Made by a program: the position numbers and the translations under genes. Below are positions 39,691 to 53,000 of a stretch of DNA of 64,000 bases, piece by piece (the stretch's first letter is position 1; every line of letters begins with the position of its first letter). Under the pieces are notes generated by a model. The model made no database searches. It saw only the letters and a list, made by a program, of their open reading frames with translations, and was not told the DNA's origin. Source of the stretch: Vicugna vicugna (taxonomy: Eukaryota); NCBI GenBank assembly GCA_013265495.1, contig MU058059.1, positions 434,001 through 498,000 on the forward strand, in the 5' to 3' direction.

Positions 39691-39850
39691 CTCCCGCGAG
39701 GAGCACCGCAGCCGGAGCCCCGCAGGCAGGGTCTTCATCTCCGCTCCACCCACCCCCCACCCCTCGCCCCGGCCGCTGCTGCCGCCCCTCCCAGAAAGTG
39801 CAATGTGTTATCTGTCATCGCCCGGAGGAGGGGTCCCTGTCTGTCCCCAG
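39691..39850 (-). other. Probable alternative first exon, containing ATG (39738) and 16 open codons up to the donor
   Basis: Donor GGGAG|GTGAGC at 39691/39690. GGAGATGAAG...GAG reads MKTLPAGLRLRCSSRE in phase 0. 5' boundary uncertain. Confidence 0.5.
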
Positions 39851-40600
39851 CTCAGCCCCGCTCGTTCAGTTTGCCCCGTTCATAGCCAGGTCTCATAGCA
39901 CGCCCCGCTATTTGCCCGGAATTGGCGTCGGCCGCGGGCACGGGGGCGACTCTCCAGTGACCTCTCTCTCGGACCCTGGTCTCTCTGTGTCTCTCTTTCC
40001 GTATCTCCGTCCCTCCCTGGGTGCCTCTGTCTCTTTTGTGTCTCTGCTTCCTCTCTTGCGCGCGCGTGCACATGCACATACACACACAGGGGAGGGGGCT
40101 GTCTCCACTGCCAATGCCAAAATGTCACCTAAAAAACAAGTGCAAAAACTTGCTTTGCCAACGACCCCGAAGCTAGTCGAGAAACCCGCCGCAGGGAGCA
40201 GCCCCCTCTTCCCCTACAAGGTGCATCAGGGCTTGGGGGCGGGGGTGTGCATTTGGCCTGGGGACGCGACAGGGACGGCTGTTCTCCTCCCCTCCCCCTT
40301 CCAGGACCCTGTCGCAATTAGAAATCCATTTTCTCCCCGGGGAGCCTCGATGACCGCAAGCCCAGAGAGGGGCATGCCGGTCTCCGGGTTCCTGGGGTTC
40401 CCCCCCCCGGGGGGGGGGAGGGCGGGAAGGCGCCAAAGGCGGCGGAAGGGGAAGGAAAAGCGGGCGGGCGACCAGGGGAGCCCAGCCCCTAGTCCCTCCG
40501 CCGGCGAGAGCCACCCAGCGCGCGGCGGTGGCGGCGGCCCGGGACCTGGTGGCCGCCGCCGCGAACGCACGCCCCAGCCCCCGGCGCAGCCTGGTGTTAC

Positions 40601-40900
40601 CTTGCCGCTTCCCGCAGTCCGGCCCTCGGTCCTGTGTCCGTCCGTTGGTCCACGAGTGTCGAAGGGAGGACGAAAGAGATGTCCTGGGGGCCGAGAGAGG
40701 CTCTCAACGATGTAATGGGAAGGACTCGAGAGAGAAGCCAAGGCGGCTGTGGCCGCTCCCGCCGCTGATGCTGCCGATTCCCCGGGGCCGGAGGTGTCGG
40801 AGAGGCCGCGTCCTCCGGATTGCGGCGCCGGGAGCGCTGCGCTCGCCTCTGGCGCGGAGGCTGAGCGCCGGGACGTGGCGGGCTGGGGCGGCGAGGCTGA
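40601..40900 (-). other. Probable non-coding first exon (TSS uncertain, ~40850-40950)
   Basis: Donor GGCAAG|GTAACA at 40601/40600 inside the island, with GC boxes near the 5' side. Confidence 0.6.
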
Positions 40901-42669
40901 GCTGGTCACCCGCCCCTGGGTGCATGTTAATACGATGCGGAGGAGGAGTCCCGCGCTTCCTCCGCCCAACCGCCCGAGCCGGCGGGCGGGTGGCGGCCGC
41001 GGCCCGGAGCCAGTGCTCCCACCCACCCCAGCTACTACGCCGAGGCCACTCGCCCTGGCCCGAGCCCAGGCACGTGTGCCCCGGCCCCGGGGAGGCGCCG
41101 GGCGTCTCCCGGAGTGGGCTCCCGGCCTGCGGGTGGTGCCCGCGCAGCCTCTGGGCAGCAAGTGCGCTCACACCGCACAGAGGGAAAAGCCCCGCATCCC
41201 GGAGATGGAGCCGCGAGGCGGCCGCGAGGTAGTGGGCGTGCCCGGTGCGTTCCCTGCGCCGTCTCCGGAGAATTGAACCTGCCTCTCCTCACTTGTCAGC
41301 TCTTGTTCCTCACCTAGGCTTTTTCAGGGAGGCAATCCGGAGCACTTAACACTCTCCATCACAGGAGATCACGTTGGTGGGCAGAGGGTTTGATGTTCTC
41401 CCTCCATCCTCGGGGTCCCTAGTAGAACTTCTGAAGAAGCAATCGCCAGGAAGGAGACTGGGGAGGGGGAAAGAGTCTAGTCTCACAAGGACCGACGTTC
41501 AAACACAGCGCCATTATTTTCAGTTATTCCTCAGAGCCTCAGTTTCCCCATGTATACCATGAAGGCTCTTTGGAGCGTAGATCAGATTACACGATATTAT
41601 TCCATCGGTTTCTCAAGGTATTGGCCTAAAGGTAATTAGAAAAACGAGTTTCTCTTCTTCCTGTCTTCTGATCTCAGTTGGGCTATCCGCCCCAAGTGCG
41701 TTTGGAAGCCACCCCATTCACACTGGCTAAGGACCGCACCCACCATGTGCTCTGAAAGTAGGAAGACTCCATAAGGCTTCAAAGTAAGAATAGAAATAAA
41801 AACTGTGTGAACAGATGAACTGAGATTTGGGTCAAAGAGAGAAAAGAGTCCAGTGTTTATTGAGCTCCCGCTCTAACCACTTCAGTAAGATGTTCTGGAA
41901 GATAATAGTTAAAATAATCGTGGTCAATCACTGCCTTCCTATTTCCCCTCTACTCAAAAAAGAATGGGCATCTTCACGGAGCATGTCTGTCCTTTGTGCT
42001 ACAGCTCCCCGAGAGAACATTATGCCAAAGAGTGTATAATCTTCTTTATGTAATTGTACCCGTAAAGTTATAGCATAAGATTTAGCATCTGCTTTGTGTG
42101 ATATCTAATTATAAATATTAATAGAATATCCTTTTTAAAGAAAACACTTCTAAAAATGCAGAGAAGTGAAAAACAGTTTCCATAAAAATATGACTCAGAT
42201 AAATAATCACTTTTCCACAATTCACTGAGTGATTTTCCATTAAAGAGGGGGAAAAAATCTTTAAACCACTAAACACTCAGAGAAATGGAGGTAAATCCTC
42301 AACATTGTAGCGCGGTGATCATAAAGCTTTAACAAAGCTCTAGAAGATATCCCCGGGCGATTCAGGAGTGACTGTATAGAATCACTTACTCTTCAAATAA
42401 AATTCCAAGGAAAGTCGAAATACCGACACAGGAGAATAGCATGTATAATCCGGAAAGAGCAACTACCTTGCCTTTCTAGATTTGTAAGCATGTTTAATCC
42501 ACTGAATTTTTAATGAGGTCACACAAATGAGAAGGCCATTATAACTGTCAAGCCCTAAACCAAATTAGGTGGCTTTAGTGAATAAACTTACTTGAAGCAG
42601 AAAATCAATTTTCTTATACAATTCTTACGGTAGATTCAACCAGGCAATAATAATATCTTTGTAACACTG

Positions 42670-43146
42670 CTATTATCAGGGTTTGCTGACTGTGACAGAA
42701 ACCAAATTTCGCTAACTAAAGAGAAAGTTATTTATTGGAAAGATACTGAAAGCTTCCAGTTTTGAAACAGGCAGGATTCGAGGCAATACTGCAGTGCGAG
42801 GAAGTTAGAAAGACAGAAGCAGTTTTGTTTGGTGCTGCACTGTCAACATCAGTAAGTGTCAACTGTTTCTCCTAACCTCACATGCCTGGATCAAGATTTA
42901 AGTCACTGGGCAGAGCATTTGACTGGCCAAACTTGAGTCAGGCACCAACTCCCCAGGTGTACCAGAAAAGGGAGAGGGAACATTTGGTTCTTCGACTTCC
43001 AGAATGGAAGGTAGGAACCTAGATGTATCATGCTTCCAAAAATACACATGATCGGAGATAGGTAATTCTTCAAAATAAGTTCAAGGAGTTATTAAGAAGG
43101 AGAATTTGATTTGTTAAAAAAAAAGAAAAGATAGATGTCTGTTACA
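42670..43146 (-). mobile_element. Old MLT1 (J/K-like) LTR
   Basis: tattatcaggg...gtgacagaaaccaaa, agagcatttgactggccaaacttgagtcagg, ending in ...gttaca. Confidence 0.6.
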
Positions 43147-43353
43147 ATGACTGGCCATCAAATTTATATTGTAGAGTATTTGGAAATAAGCAGCGATTCT
43201 ATACAAGTAAATCTGAACATTTGCTTCAGTTAAAGAATGCTGTTCGAATACTGTATGTATGGCCAATTACCTTATTGATACACGCACAGTGCCTATTATG
43301 AGCACTACTGCAAGCCAGGGTGAGCAGATGTGTTCATTTCTCGTCATGGACAG

Positions 43354-43815
43354 TGTGGTTGCTGAATAATGGCCCTGGAAAGATGTCCATGTCTTAGTCC
43401 CTGGAACCAATGAATGTTATCTTACAGGACAATTTGCAGATGCCATTAAGTAAAGGATCTTGAGATAGCAGAGTCATTCTGGATTATACCAATGGCCCCA
43501 ATCTGATCAAAAGGGCCCTTATAAGAGGGAAACAAGAAAGTCAATGACAGAATAAAAAGACTGGACGATAGAGGAAAAGGTTGGAGTAATGCATTTTGAA
43601 GATGGAGAAAGGCAACCACAATCAACGGAATCTAGAAGCTAGAAAAAGTAAAGAACAGTTCTCGCCTGGAGCCTCCAGAACACATGTCATTTGGTTTTAG
43701 CCTAGTTAAACTGATTTAAGATTTCTGATCTCCAGAATGGTAAGATACTAAATTTGTGTTGCTTTAAGCCACCAAGTTCACTAATTACTAACAGCAGCTA
43801 CAGGAAACTAATACA
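43354..43815 (+). mobile_element. MLT1 (C/D-like) solo LTR
   Basis: tgtggttgctgaataatggccc ... taaatttgtgttgctttaagccaccaagtt ... ggaaactaataca. Confidence 0.9.
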
Positions 43816-44189
43816 GATAACTTACCTAACACTCGGCAGCACCCTCCCCAAAGCCCACACTGGTGGCAGGTGGCCCGAGAGCCTTCACTGTAGAAGAAAC
43901 GCAGAAAGGTAGACCTATCTACATCTGAAAACGACTCAGAGAGGGGCTGAATCAATAGCATGTTGGTAGGACAGGAAATTGGAAACCATGGGCAGAGAGG
44001 GCTCCTGCTCAGGAGTTTCCATCTCTCCGGCCCAGTCAAAATGCTGGCCTCCCTCCTACCACCCCATGGTCAAACAGGTAAAACCCCATTAAAATGAAGT
44101 ACAGTTGTGAAGGAAGAAAGAACTGGATTGACAACCTGAATGGTACGTGTGAAAGACACACCAGTTTCCTTCAGCATTAACGAAGCATC

Positions 44190-45175
44190 CTCACTCATCC
44201 TCATGATTTTAAGTTAACATTTAAATGGTGCTTCCAGATCTGTATCTTCAGCTTTGACCTCTTGGCTAGGTTTCGTATTTGTGAATCCAAAGACCTGCTA
44301 GGCAAATCCACTTGAAGCTTCCGCTGTACCTTAAACTTAATGGATCCAAATTAAACATCACTTTCTGCCTTTTCCATCCATTCAAATTTTTATTCCTTTT
44401 CCTGTGGTACTATATAGCTTCATGGCATCATCATCCACCAAGTCACCCACACCAGAGTTATCCTAGACTTCTACATTCACCAGTCACCTCTAATCCACCA
44501 CCAAACACTGCTGACTTCTCCCACCATCCGAACTGACCTCGACTCCCTCCTCTATTTCTACTTCTATTATATACCCCATCCATCATGCTGTCATCTCACC
44601 TCTCGGTTATTACCCTCCTACCTCTTTCTTTTTTCCCAGACTTGCCTCATTTTCATTGCAGCAAGAATGGTCTTCTAAAAATATAACTCAGACCACGTTA
44701 CATCAAGCTTTACCTACAGTTTAGTGCCTTATACCTTTATAAGATTTAGTTCCTTAGAATGACACACAAAGCTCTCCATAAACTTCCTTTCCTCTCTTCC
44801 TCTGGCCTTTGCTCTCGGGGTGTGTGCATTCTGCTTCTGTAAATCAGACCGCTGCTTATCGTGCCATTCGTGTGGCATGCTCTGGAACGTATCCGTAAGT
44901 GTCTCCATTCTACTCTTTCTGTCTTGACGGCCCTCTCTCTGCTTTGGCTGGCAATATTTATTTCTCCTTCAAAGCTTGCTTCGACCTGAATCATTAGGTT
45001 GGATTAAATGTTGCCCAGGCTCACTGAACCTACTACAATCTTAGTTTTTACGGTATTATATTAACTTTTTCAGGTTATCTAGGTTGTCTTCTTGAGACTG
45101 TAGCTATGCCTATATGGATTCCCAATACCTAGCATAGTCATCGCATCTCAAAAGAAAACCAATACATTTCTGTGG
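44190..45175 (+). mobile_element. L2 3' region
   Basis: cagatctgtatcttcagc, ccttaaacttaatggatccaaa, cattgcagcaagaatggtcttctaaaa, aatacctagcatagt. Confidence 0.7.
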
Positions 45176-46089
45176 GGCTTAACCCGAACGATTTCGAGAA
45201 CATTCTGTGATGTTGGTATATATCATAATATGTTACTAGACACCTATGTGGGACATAACATAACCTGTAGCCAAATGCTAAAACCCATCACTCATCAGGT
45301 TTAATAAGCAGAAGCTTTCTTTTTTGTTTAAAAAGCCAAAAAAACTGAAGAAGGATGTATGAAGATACTATGTCTAGTTTTTCCTTTGAACAGCCAGTTC
45401 ACTGAAAGGAAACGGCCTTGTTGTCCTCAAGCAGTTTTCAATGAACATTATTGCTTTATGTTTTATTGAACATTTTTATTAAAGATATAAATACTGGAAT
45501 CCAGTTGATTTAGCTTCTGTCACAACTCTTGTTTTATACTCTATCATTCCTGCTTACACATTAATCTATATACATCTCCCGTTTCTGTCATCTCCCTAAC
45601 ACCCCCCATTTTCCTTTTCCCTCATTGCAATATGGTGTGAGCCTTGTGCAGTGCGATCTGGCTTTGTTCTGGTAGAGGTGGTCTAATTTTCCCAACAAAA
45701 AGACCCTTTGGAGTTCCCATTCCCTTCATCTCCTAGTTAGAATTTTATGCAGTGGATACCTGATTTTTCAAAATTTCCACTAGAAATGCCCATTATTTTA
45801 CTGTCTCCTGGTTTTCCTTCTCGTTCTCTGCTACTAAGTGTTCTTACTTCCTCTCCTAAACTGTAATTATTGTGTCCCCAAGATGGCAGCTGAGGATGCT
45901 GGTGAGAATGAGGTCTCCAAAGAGAAAGTGTTCTTGGTCAGGATGATGGCTTTTGTCTGCAATACCCAGCGGTGAAGGAGGAAGAGCCCAGCATCACAGG
46001 TGGGAGGTAACTCAGGAAAGAAGTGCCATGGAAAGAGCAGTTCCATGCAAACCAAAGAATGAGAGAAGTTTAGGAGACAGGACAGTTTG

Positions 46090-46470
46090 ATGCTGAATTT
46101 CAAACCAGCATTTCTACGTGTGTAACATCTCCACTTGAAAAGAATGTACAGAGATCACAAACTCAGTAGGTACAAACCATCCATCCTCCATCCAGCATTA
46201 GTGCTTTCCCACATAGCCTTCCTGTTGATGGTCCCTTCCACCATATACCCAGATACTGAAGCCACAAGTTTGGATGTCATCCTGGTAATCCTTCTCCTAC
46301 CTAATCTACTAGATCAAAATTAGTCACCAAGTTTTAAGAAATTCATAAAACAATAAGCTATTTCACTCTACTGCTTAAAATTATTCAGTACCTCCCCTTT
46401 GCCTTCAAGATAAAATCTGAAACCTTATGCATGACATGCAAAGCCCTTTACAATCTGATTCTTTCTTCAT
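46090..46470 (+). mobile_element. L2 fragment
   Basis: catctccacttgaa, ctactgcttaaaattattcagtacctcccctttgccttcaagataaaatc. Confidence 0.65.
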
Positions 46471-46819
46471 TAAATTATCAAACTAACTTATTTGAGTGGA
46501 GTGATTTTCCATGTACTGGATTAGAAACTTTATTAAAATAATTTTAACAGTTTGGAAATAAAAATTTATAGTTAAAAATGAATAAATCCAAGAATGATAA
46601 ACGCACAGAAGAACGTATGTCCGCCCATATACACTAAGGACTGCCGACATATATAGTACACGCACGTATGCCAACTGCGTATCAGCACATAGTGCAAGAG
46701 GGGGAGGAATCAGAATACCCTCATAACAAACGTAAACTGATGTATTACTGCATACATTTGAGGAAAGAAATACTGTAGCTTTTTGTTTAGAAGTATTGTA
46801 TTTAAAGAGTTCCTTTTAA

Positions 46820-47982
46820 AACAATCCCAATCCCTAAAGTACTTAGAAATAAATTTAACCAAGAGGTGACAGACCTGTGCCCTGAAACCTAGGACACTGA
46901 TGAAAGAAACTGAAGAAAACAGAAATAAATGGGAAGAGCTCTGTGTGCATAGATTGGAAGAATTATTATCTGTGGCTCCAACTTCTGTGGCTGCCACCCG
47001 AGGAACGGGCCCCGATTTCCGGGCCCTGATGGTCAATGAGGCTTGTGTTCACAAGTCCCCTTGGACTGTAGCAAACAAAGAAACAGCTCTTAATGAGCAC
47101 AGGAACATCCCTCACCCAGCTCTACCCCTCAGCCCAGCAGAGAAGGAGCAGGCAAAACACCCATCTCACTTTTTCTCCGGCAGGGACTTAGGTACCTACT
47201 TTCCCAGCAGCTGCCTGAGGGTCCAGCTTCCAGTCAGTCTGCATCTACGTGCTGACTGCAACAGATGCTGTCCCTTTAGGACACTGACCGATCTTTACAC
47301 ATCTTAGGAGGCACTAACAACAAAGAGGGAGTCTTAGAGACCCACAAACGTTTGAGAGACAACTCTGAAGTTGAGTCAGACTTACTGGAGCTTATTTGCA
47401 ATAGCCAAGGTATAGAAACAAGTGTCCATCCACAGAAGAATGGATGAAGAACATGTGGTACAGATCTACAATGGAATATTATGCAGTCTTTAAAAAGGAA
47501 ATCCTGCCACTTGCAACAACATGAAGTTGGAAGGCCGTATGCTAAGCAAAATAAACTAGACAGAGAATGACAAATACTACATGGTATCATTTACCTGTGG
47601 AATCTTAAAAAAAAGAGTCAACTCATGGAAACAGAGTAGACAAGTGGTTGCCAGAGGTTGGGAGGGTGGGAGAAATAGAGAGAGGTTGGGAAAAGGGTAC
47701 AAACTTTCAGGCACATGACCAAAGAGATCTGAGGATTTAATGTCTAACATGTTGACTACAGTTAACACTATATTGTATAACTGAAATTTGCTAGGAGAGT
47801 AGAACTTAAACATTCTCACCAAATACATACATAAATAAAATAACTAGGTGAGGTGACGGATGTGTTAATTAACTCAGTGGGGTGTATCATTTCACAGTGT
47901 ACACATGCATCTAATCATCGTGATGTGTACTTTAAATATCTTGCAACTTTGTCAATTATACCTCAGTAAAGCTGAAAAAAAT
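46820..47982 (+). mobile_element. L1MA9-like element made of an ORF2 piece, a 5'-UTR-like piece and the 3' UTR
   Basis: tacttagaaataaatttaaccaagaggtga (ORF2). gaaatttgctaggagagtagaacttaaacattctcacca and tacctcagtaaagctgaaaaaa (3' end). Confidence 0.8.
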
Positions 47983-48789
47983 AGTTCTCCCTTAAGGATT
48001 TTAATTGAGCAAGACAGTTTACCCTTTCAAGAAATCGCTTATAATTATGTTGTCTTCTTGTTTCTCCAGAGACATAAATGCTTGTGACAAACTACAGTGA
48101 GTAAAATTGTTTAAAAACAAATAATAGGATTAGGATTTGACATTTACTTTTACATGCGAAGTATCCAGTCAACTGAAGGAATACATCAGAACATTATTGG
48201 TCTCGATAATGTTTTTTCGCATTACACTTAATTTGGTTGATTTTTTCAACTCTAGTTCATATTTAAAATTTTCATATAAAGATAAATATGAACTTGATAT
48301 GTCTAGAGGAAAAATGCCATTTTAAACTTTACTCCTGTTAAAGAGAATCTAAATTAAAGGATAATATATAATGACCTGAAATTAGCATAAACCAGCAATA
48401 AGAATGCACACTTCAGAAGAATTCTATTATGTTTCTACTGTTGTCTTCAAAAGCAAAACATCTCTCTCTTTTCAGTCTGCTCCGTATCAGACTGCTTGCA
48501 GGAAGAAAATAACAAGTTGTGCCTTCTGTACGTAAGAATTCTCCACTCTAAAACAGAACCTACTGAGATAATGTTGGCGAAATGCATCACCTGATGCTTG
48601 TTGGAAAGTTGGAATTCAAGTAAGGTAGCTGCTGACATCCGCAGGGATGATGATTATGATAATTCTGTAAGCACTAGTGTTTAGGGTGATAACACATCAC
48701 ATAAGAACTCACACATCAGTGCCCTCAGCTCTAAAACACAGCGCTGATACAGGCTCCGTACAACAAGCGGCCGTCACCACAGCTACGTC

Positions 48790-49182
48790 CTGACGCCCAC
48801 CTGCGTGCTCCCCAGACCTCCGTTCTTACTCTGCACAGGGCACGCAGCAGAAACACGCTGGCTGCTCGCGAAAACTTGGCTTCCATTTCTTCTTAGGCTA
48901 CGGTCGTGGACTCTGTTCTGGCGAAGCGAATACTGCTAGAAATGATGTCAGTACCTCTAAGCCTGGCCCACAGAAATCTCGTCCAGTCTCCTGCACTACC
49001 TGTCTCTGCATGGCGGGCTGGGCACTGACACTTGCAGGGCGCTTGCACTGCTCACCCCCCGCTGCCTACTCCCGGCCACCAACTGCACAGTCCATAAGCA
49101 AGAAATGCATTTCTGCTGCATTTAGCCATTGAAGTTTTGGGGACTTATGAACTACAGAGTTAATGTTAATTCATCTAATACA
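48790..49182 (+). mobile_element. Old MLT1 LTR
   Basis: aagcctggcccacagaaatctc, gcaagaaatgcatttctgctgcatttagccattgaag, ending in ctaataca. Confidence 0.6.
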
Positions 49183-49199
49183 ATGAAGAAAGGAATGAA

Positions 49200-49420
49200 A
49201 AAATCTGATGTGCCTACCATGTACTACACCTTGTATACAGAGAGTTTTATTGATCCTTGAAACTAAACCTATGAATTAGCCAACAGTAGTCCCCTCTCAT
49301 GGTAAGGAAGATGAGGCTAGGCTAACATAACTTTCCTGGGACCGACAGCCAGTAAGTGACAGAGTCAAGATTTGAACCTGAGCTTTCTGACCTTGAAGAC
49401 TGTATTTTTACAACACATCC
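49200..49420 (-). mobile_element. MIR SINE
   Basis: cagccagtaagtgacagagtcaagatttgaacctgag. Confidence 0.75.
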
Positions 49421-49739
49421 TTCTAAAATCTTTGGTGACTTCTAAGGGTTACATTTCTATGACAGATTTAAAGCAACAAATCAAAAGAGAAAACTTTTGA
49501 TATTTGAAATCACAGATAACAAATAAACTCTAAAAAGCTGAAACAAAATTTCACAAACCAAAGAAGCCCAGGGCCACTTGTGTGGGTAACAGGCTTAATT
49601 CACCAAGAGAGACCAACACCATTTGTATACTATGGTTCTAAAACTTGGTTAATATACCCAATAATTATGCTGAGTTGGAAAGGAAATTTTATTTAAATTA
49701 AAGGTTTAAGATGGCAGAGGACTATGCAATTATATTAAT

Positions 49740-50062
49740 AAGCAGCTTTGAAATATACAGTAAACTGCATATGGTAAATTTTTGCATGTATGTGTGGGTG
49801 CATGTGTGTGTATGTGAAACCCTCATGAAACCTTCACCACAATCAAGAGAATAAACGTATGCATCCCTCCAAAATCTTCCTCTGTCCTTTCACCTCACAT
49901 TTATCAAACCCGCTCTTTCCCTGCAAACTCTCTTCTCCTTCTTGTCACCATAGATTATTTTCTAAAATTTTGTAGAAATGTAATTACAATGGAATGTGGG
50001 TTTCATCCCCTGGCTTATCTCATTCAGTATGGTGTACCTGAGAGTCGTCTGTGCTGTACCCC
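49740..50062 (-). mobile_element. Old L1 (L1MB/MC) 3' fragment
   Basis: caccacaatcaaga, tgtcaccatagatta, ggcttatctcattcagtat. Confidence 0.7.
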
Positions 50063-53000
50063 TTGCATCTTAAAGAATGCTGGCACACAGTAGGAGCAAA
50101 ATAAATATTTTTGGAATGACCACATCGGTTAATTAATTAGTTGTGATTAGTTAAAAACTATTAACAATTAATTAATTATAATCAAGTAGAACCATTAATC
50201 ATTAGTGAAAGACTAATCCTGTCTTCCAACTGTGGTCACGACCCTCTTTGAACCCCACATAGGGAACATATTCCTCCACTGTCTTATTTCAGCAAGCATT
50301 CTTTGAACAACTTGTATGTAGAAAGCATTGTGATGGATGCCGAGGGGGTTGCATAGACGTGTAAGACTTAATCTTTGCCCTCAAGGAATTTTCAGTCTAG
50401 AGACTGAGAAATAGGAATAGTTAATACAAGACACGATTATCTATATGCTAAATCTATAGAAGCATTTCTTTGGCAAAAAAGAGTAATTAAATTTAGTAGG
50501 AATGCCTACTTCTGAGTGCTCGGATGATAATCTATACGGAGTAGGTCCTAAATAAATGTTGCTAATTTACTGGAAATTTGGTAATTTTCAGTTAATTAGT
50601 TCTGTGATAAACGAGGGAACTTTTCCCTGGAAAAGATTCTGCTTAAAAAGGCCAGTGGCGTAAGCGCATCACACGTTTAGAAAGCACCCCATATCTTACA
50701 CGCTGCGCTCCTGTCCCCTTGACTGTTTAGTTTTGAATTTCAAGCACCTGTTCCAATCAAGTCTGGATCTAGTAGCACAGATTTATGTTCTTCACTAGCA
50801 TTAAATGAAAACAAAACTTCCTGATATTTCAGCCAATTCTTTTTCTTTTTTTTTTTCTGGTTGACAATAGCCAAGTTAAGAATAACAAGGTGGTCCCAAA
50901 TACTACTCTAAGAATAGAGACTTCACACAGCTCTTTTCTTAAGACGTCCCGATACTGTGGGGGCATCTGGAAAGAGATTTCAGGTAGAAGTGTGACTATT
51001 TCATGTTTAAAAGCTCAGCTCTTCCAATCTTGTTTCACAATATAACACCCTGGCTCTGCTTTGCAGCGCAGTGCTCGACTCTTCACACCCCTGGGAAACA
51101 GGAGGGTCAAGCTCTGGGAGCGTGCAATGCTGTCTGCTTCTGCTCTGCACGCGCACACGACACCCTCAGCACTGCCCCAGGAAGGCCACCAGCGTGGCCT
51201 CCTTGAGCAAGACGCAGTGAGCTTCGATGCAGCCAGGAGTAGGAAGCCACTGGGGTGTTTTGGTCAACAACGAGGGACAGTAAAAACATATCAGATATCA
51301 TGGGGGCAGTAAGAAAGAAGGAGACATCAAAATGTTAGAAAGCAACATTCTTCATGGCTTGTTTCTATTTAAATAAAGTCTGTGAAAGATTCAATTTGCT
51401 TGCTCTTTAAATCCATAACAGGAAAATGCTGGCGAATAGAAAATGGAGACCTTGAAGAATAAAATGAAGAAAAGATGGGGGGCTTCTGCAGACCTTCTCA
51501 CTCCTGACGTGATCCAGTAGGACTGATACAAGACACCAACCAGAGGGAAGCCCGTTTTTGACTGATATTCACACCTTAGCTTAAGGAAAAACGAAGGGAT
51601 GTGGTCATTTTAATGAGCTCAAGTCATTTTGGCAGAATATTTTCCTCTTTTTTTTTTTTTGAAGGGGGAGGTGAGGGTGGGAATATTAAACTTAAAAAAT
51701 ACTCTTTGAGAAAGTAGAACAAAGCATTATTTCACATTTACAATATCCTGAGAAATGCACTCATTTTTTAATAACCAATGTTCTATTGAGCAGAACTTCA
51801 GAAGATTAGATTTAATTTTTAAAAATCCTAATCTGCCAAGAACCAATACATGTAACAACATACAAAATGTGCTTGACTGTTACAGCAACGTTACATTTCT
51901 AGAAGAGTTTTTAAATGTTTACTCTTATTTTTGGTACTAATCTCCCCACAGTCCAGTAGTACATTCTTTGCAGACCAGCTCCAGTCCAGATTCTTTTTGG
52001 AGAAGCCGAGAAAGAGAATCAAGTTTCAAGGGTACCATCATCTACATATAAGAGGTCAAGTGGCCCATCAAAGTGCAAAGGAGGAATGTATCCTAGAACA
52101 CCATCCAAACTCTAGTCTACTTCTGTGTTTAGTATTCCTTAAGTGCAGTCAGGCATCAGTGAGGTACTTGAGACTACTTGATTCTGAGCCACCAGGCTTC
52201 CCCCCGCCCCTCCTCAGATAACCAGTCTGCCAACCTCAGTGCCCTTGCAGGCTGGGCAGGCTGGGGGTTGAGCTGACTCCCTCCAAGACCTAGCTCTTCT
52301 GCATCCTTGCTGATGTGTTTCAAACACTACTGGAGACATGGTCTCCAACAGTTTCCCACTGGCCAGGCCGACCAGACATGTCTAGCAGGGATCCTCCCGT
52401 CTGAACCAGTGGTCATTTACTGTTTTCTTTTCCTTTCCCTTCAGAAGGGGCCCCATGACATAAACAGATGAGAGATAACAACACAAAAGGCATGGACAGA
52501 GGAGAGGGCTAGTCATTTGTGGAGAGTTCTAGATCTTTGTGCTTCAAAAGGACTGGCTTTGGGGAAATCCTAAAAACAGAGATCGGGTATTAACTGGAGT
52601 GAAGGATTTGTGATGAGAACTAAGCAGATGGCGGCAATGGATGATTGGGAGATTTCGTAAGTTAATGTATGAAGTGGCACTGGGAAAACTCCCACCTTCC
52701 ACCTCCTCGGTACCCACACTGAGCAGGTGCGTGAGGCTAGAGATGCACACACAGCCATGCTGCCCCATCACTGAACATCACCAAGCACAGCTGCCTACTG
52801 TGCCCTGTTACTCCATTCCATGCGCCTGGTGTGTTGTGCTCTCACCACGCTACATTAAGCAGATCCCCAGATGACTAGAGCTTCTGACAGCCAGGAACTG
52901 ACCATCTGCCTGGGTTCTGCACAACACTTCCCCCTACCCTGCAAAGTTATGGAATAAAGAGTGGGTCCTAGGTCACTAACATGGAGAAAAGCTACCTGAG

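Larger units (their letters stand above)
39385..41280. promoter_or_regulatory. CpG-island promoter of an unidentified minus-strand gene
   Basis: Sharp rise in GC and CpG density, several GC boxes, no interspersed repeats, and two minus-strand splice donors. Confidence 0.92.

Noticed and set aside
39385..41280. Assigning a gene symbol to the promoter
   Set aside because: No recognisable coding exon is in the window. Many genes have a similar leader structure, so a name would be a guess. BLAST of 40601-40900 would settle it.
39798..41292. Long overlapping ORFs (305, 311, 234 and 175 aa) in the CpG island
   Set aside because: They are open on both strands and in several frames, are low-complexity P/G/R/A, and show no recognisable domain. 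This is expected from stop-codon scarcity in GC-rich DNA.
46900..47307. 135-aa ORF starting MKETEENRNKWEEL
   Set aside because: The N-terminus is a decayed L1 ORF2 fragment reading into other repeat sequence.
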